Positions 1-565 of a stretch of 565 nucleotides of DNA are shown one piece after another (the first letter of the stretch is position 1; the number at the start of each line of letters is the position of its first letter). The notes beneath the pieces are model-generated. The model was not told the DNA's origin, searched no databases, and saw nothing but the letters and a program-made list of their open reading frames with translations. Source of the stretch: a phage; the sequence record EF517100.1. One strand, 5' to 3'. The translations under genes were made by a program, and so were the position numbers.

Positions 1-441
1 GTTCCGGCTGCTGACCGTGTGTTCTACTGTGACCCAGATAGCTACTCTGCGATTCTGGCAGCACTGATGCCGAACGCAGCAAACTACGCTGCTCTGATTG
101 ACCCTGAGAAGGGTTCTATCCGCAACGTTATGGGCTTTGAGGTTGTAGAAGTTCCGCACCTCACCGCTGGTGGTGCTGGTACCGCTCGTGAGGGCACTAC
201 TGGTCAGAAGCACGTCTTCCCTGCCAATAAAGGTGAGGGTAATGTCAAGGTTGCTAAGGACAACGTTATCGGCCTGTTCATGCACCGCTCTGCGGTAGGT
301 ACTGTTAAACTGCGTGACTTGGCTTTGGAGCGCGCTCGCCGTGCTAATTTCCAAGCGGACCAGATTATCGCTAAGTACGCAATGGGCCACGGTGGTCTTC
401 GCCCAGAAGCTGCTGGTGCAGTGGTTTTCAAAGTGAAGTAA
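1..441 (+). CDS. 10A: Major capsid protein, T7 gene 10A type; C-terminal 146 codons plus TAA stop at 439-441; 5' partial, continues upstream of the window
   Basis: Seen in sequence: frame +1 is open from position 1 and translates to VPAADRVFYCDPDSYSAILAALMPNAANYAALIDPEKGSIRNVMGFEVVEVPHLTAGGAGTAREGTTGQKHVFPANKGEGNVKVAKDNVIGLFMHRSAVGTVKLRDLALERARRANFQADQIIAKYAMGHGGLRPEAAGAVVFKVK*. Codon usage is strongly biased as in a highly expressed gene (Arg only CGT/CGC, Leu mostly CTG, Gly mostly GGT/GGC). Established knowledge, recalled not searched: this matches the C-terminus of phage T7 gp10A almost residue for residue, the only difference I recall being the last residue (K here, E in T7). The ORF-track start at 19 is a GTG inside the gene, not the true start. 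Confidence 0.95.
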   Translation, partial: VPAADRVFYCDPDSYSAILAALMPNAANYAALIDPEKGSIRNVMGFEVVEVPHLTAGGAGTAREGTTGQKHVFPANKGEGNVKVAKDNVIGLFMHRSAVGTVKLRDLALERARRANFQADQIIAKYAMGHGGLRPEAAGAVVFKVK

Positions 442-565
442 TGCTGGGGGTGGCCTCAACGGTCGCTGCTAGTTCCGAAGAGGCGAGTGTTACTTCAACA
501 GAAGAAATCTTAACGCCAGCACAGAAAGCCACACGCACCCGTGCTGTTAACAAAGCTCGAAAGGA
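1..565 (+). CDS. 10B: Minor capsid protein, T7 gene 10B type, made by -1 frameshift: shares the 10A frame up to the slippery site (about 1-428), then continues in the -1 frame from 429 past the window end; partial at both ends
   Basis: Seen in sequence: the -1 frame (codons at 429, 432, ...) has no stop from 375 to 565 and reads, after the shift, QSEVMLGVASTVAASSEEASVTSTEEILTPAQKATRTRAVNKARK(E...). Established knowledge, recalled: the T7 10B extension begins ...VVFQSGVMLGVASTVAAS... and ends ...ANKARKEAELAAATAEQ, the tail also encoded upstream of the T7 terminator in pET vectors. The window sequence is clearly homologous with a few substitutions. The exact shift codon cannot be determined from sequence alone. 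Confidence 0.8.
423..429 (+). promoter_or_regulatory. Programmed -1 ribosomal frameshift slippery site GGTTTTC (G GUU UUC in the 10A frame)
   Basis: Seen in sequence: the heptamer lies 12 nt upstream of the 10A stop, in codon phase G|GUU|UUC, with an open -1 frame downstream. Established knowledge: the T7 gene 10 frameshift that yields 10B (roughly 10% of capsid protein) was mapped to this G GUU UUC motif near the end of 10A. Confidence 0.7.

Noticed and set aside
19-21. GTG at 19 offered as the start codon of the 140-aa ORF
   Set aside because: The same frame is open from position 1 with conserved capsid sequence (VPAADR) immediately upstream, so GTG 19-21 is an internal Val codon. The true start is upstream of the window.
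204-431. Antisense ORF of 75 aa on the minus strand (ORF track)
   Set aside because: It lies entirely within the strongly supported capsid coding region. Its predicted protein is low-complexity (Arg/Ala/Ser/Leu/Pro-rich), as expected from reading a GC-biased codon-optimised gene in reverse. No start context or RBS is evident. It is most likely a spurious antisense frame.
439-443. TAATG stop/start overlap (10A stop TAA 439-441, ATG 441-443 in the -1 frame), which could suggest a separate small ORF expressed by translational coupling
   Set aside because: No Shine-Dalgarno-like sequence precedes the ATG. The -1 frame is already open 66 nt upstream of it and a slippery heptamer sits at 423-429. 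The established T7 mechanism is a -1 frameshift giving a continuous 10A-10B fusion. The ATG is best read as an internal Met codon of the 10B tail. Sequence alone cannot fully exclude low-level reinitiation.
453-484. Possible short stem (GCCTC 453-457 pairing with GAGGC 480-484) about 24 nt downstream of the slippery site, as a candidate frameshift stimulator
   Set aside because: It is only 5 bp with a 22-nt loop and cannot be extended, and its spacing from the slip site is longer than for typical stimulatory hairpins or pseudoknots. The T7 stimulator is reported to be distal, so this is probably a chance complementarity.
546-565. Resemblance of the window's last 20 nt (GTTAACAAAGCTCGAAAGGA) to the sequence just upstream of the T7 T-phi terminator as carried in pET vectors, raising the possibility of vector-derived sequence
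   Set aside because: The window differs at two positions from the vector/T7 sequence as I recall it and is contiguous with about 550 nt of native capsid gene. It is best explained as the natural 3' end of gene 10B in a T7 relative. No terminator hairpin lies within the window.

Overview
This window is the 3' end of a T7-family (Autographiviridae, Teseptimavirus-like) major capsid protein gene, not a novel system. Frame +1 (codons starting at position 1) encodes the C-terminal 146 residues of a protein that I recognise from memory as essentially identical to phage T7 gp10A, ending at TAA 439-441. The gene continues upstream of the window; the ORF-track start at 19 is an internal GTG (Val) codon. 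Twelve nt upstream of that stop lies the heptamer GGTTTTC (423-429), which matches the T7 gene 10 programmed -1 frameshift site. The -1 frame is open from 375 to the window end and encodes a Ser/Thr/Ala/Glu-rich tail matching the start of the T7 10B minor capsid extension. This is a classic, well-described recoding system. Relative to my recollection of the T7 reference, the 10A body is conserved while the 10B tail carries several substitutions, so this is probably a close T7 relative rather than T7 itself. No terminator, promoter, RNA gene, repeat or mobile element is visible in the window; the 10B stop and the T-phi-type terminator are expected just beyond the 3' edge.
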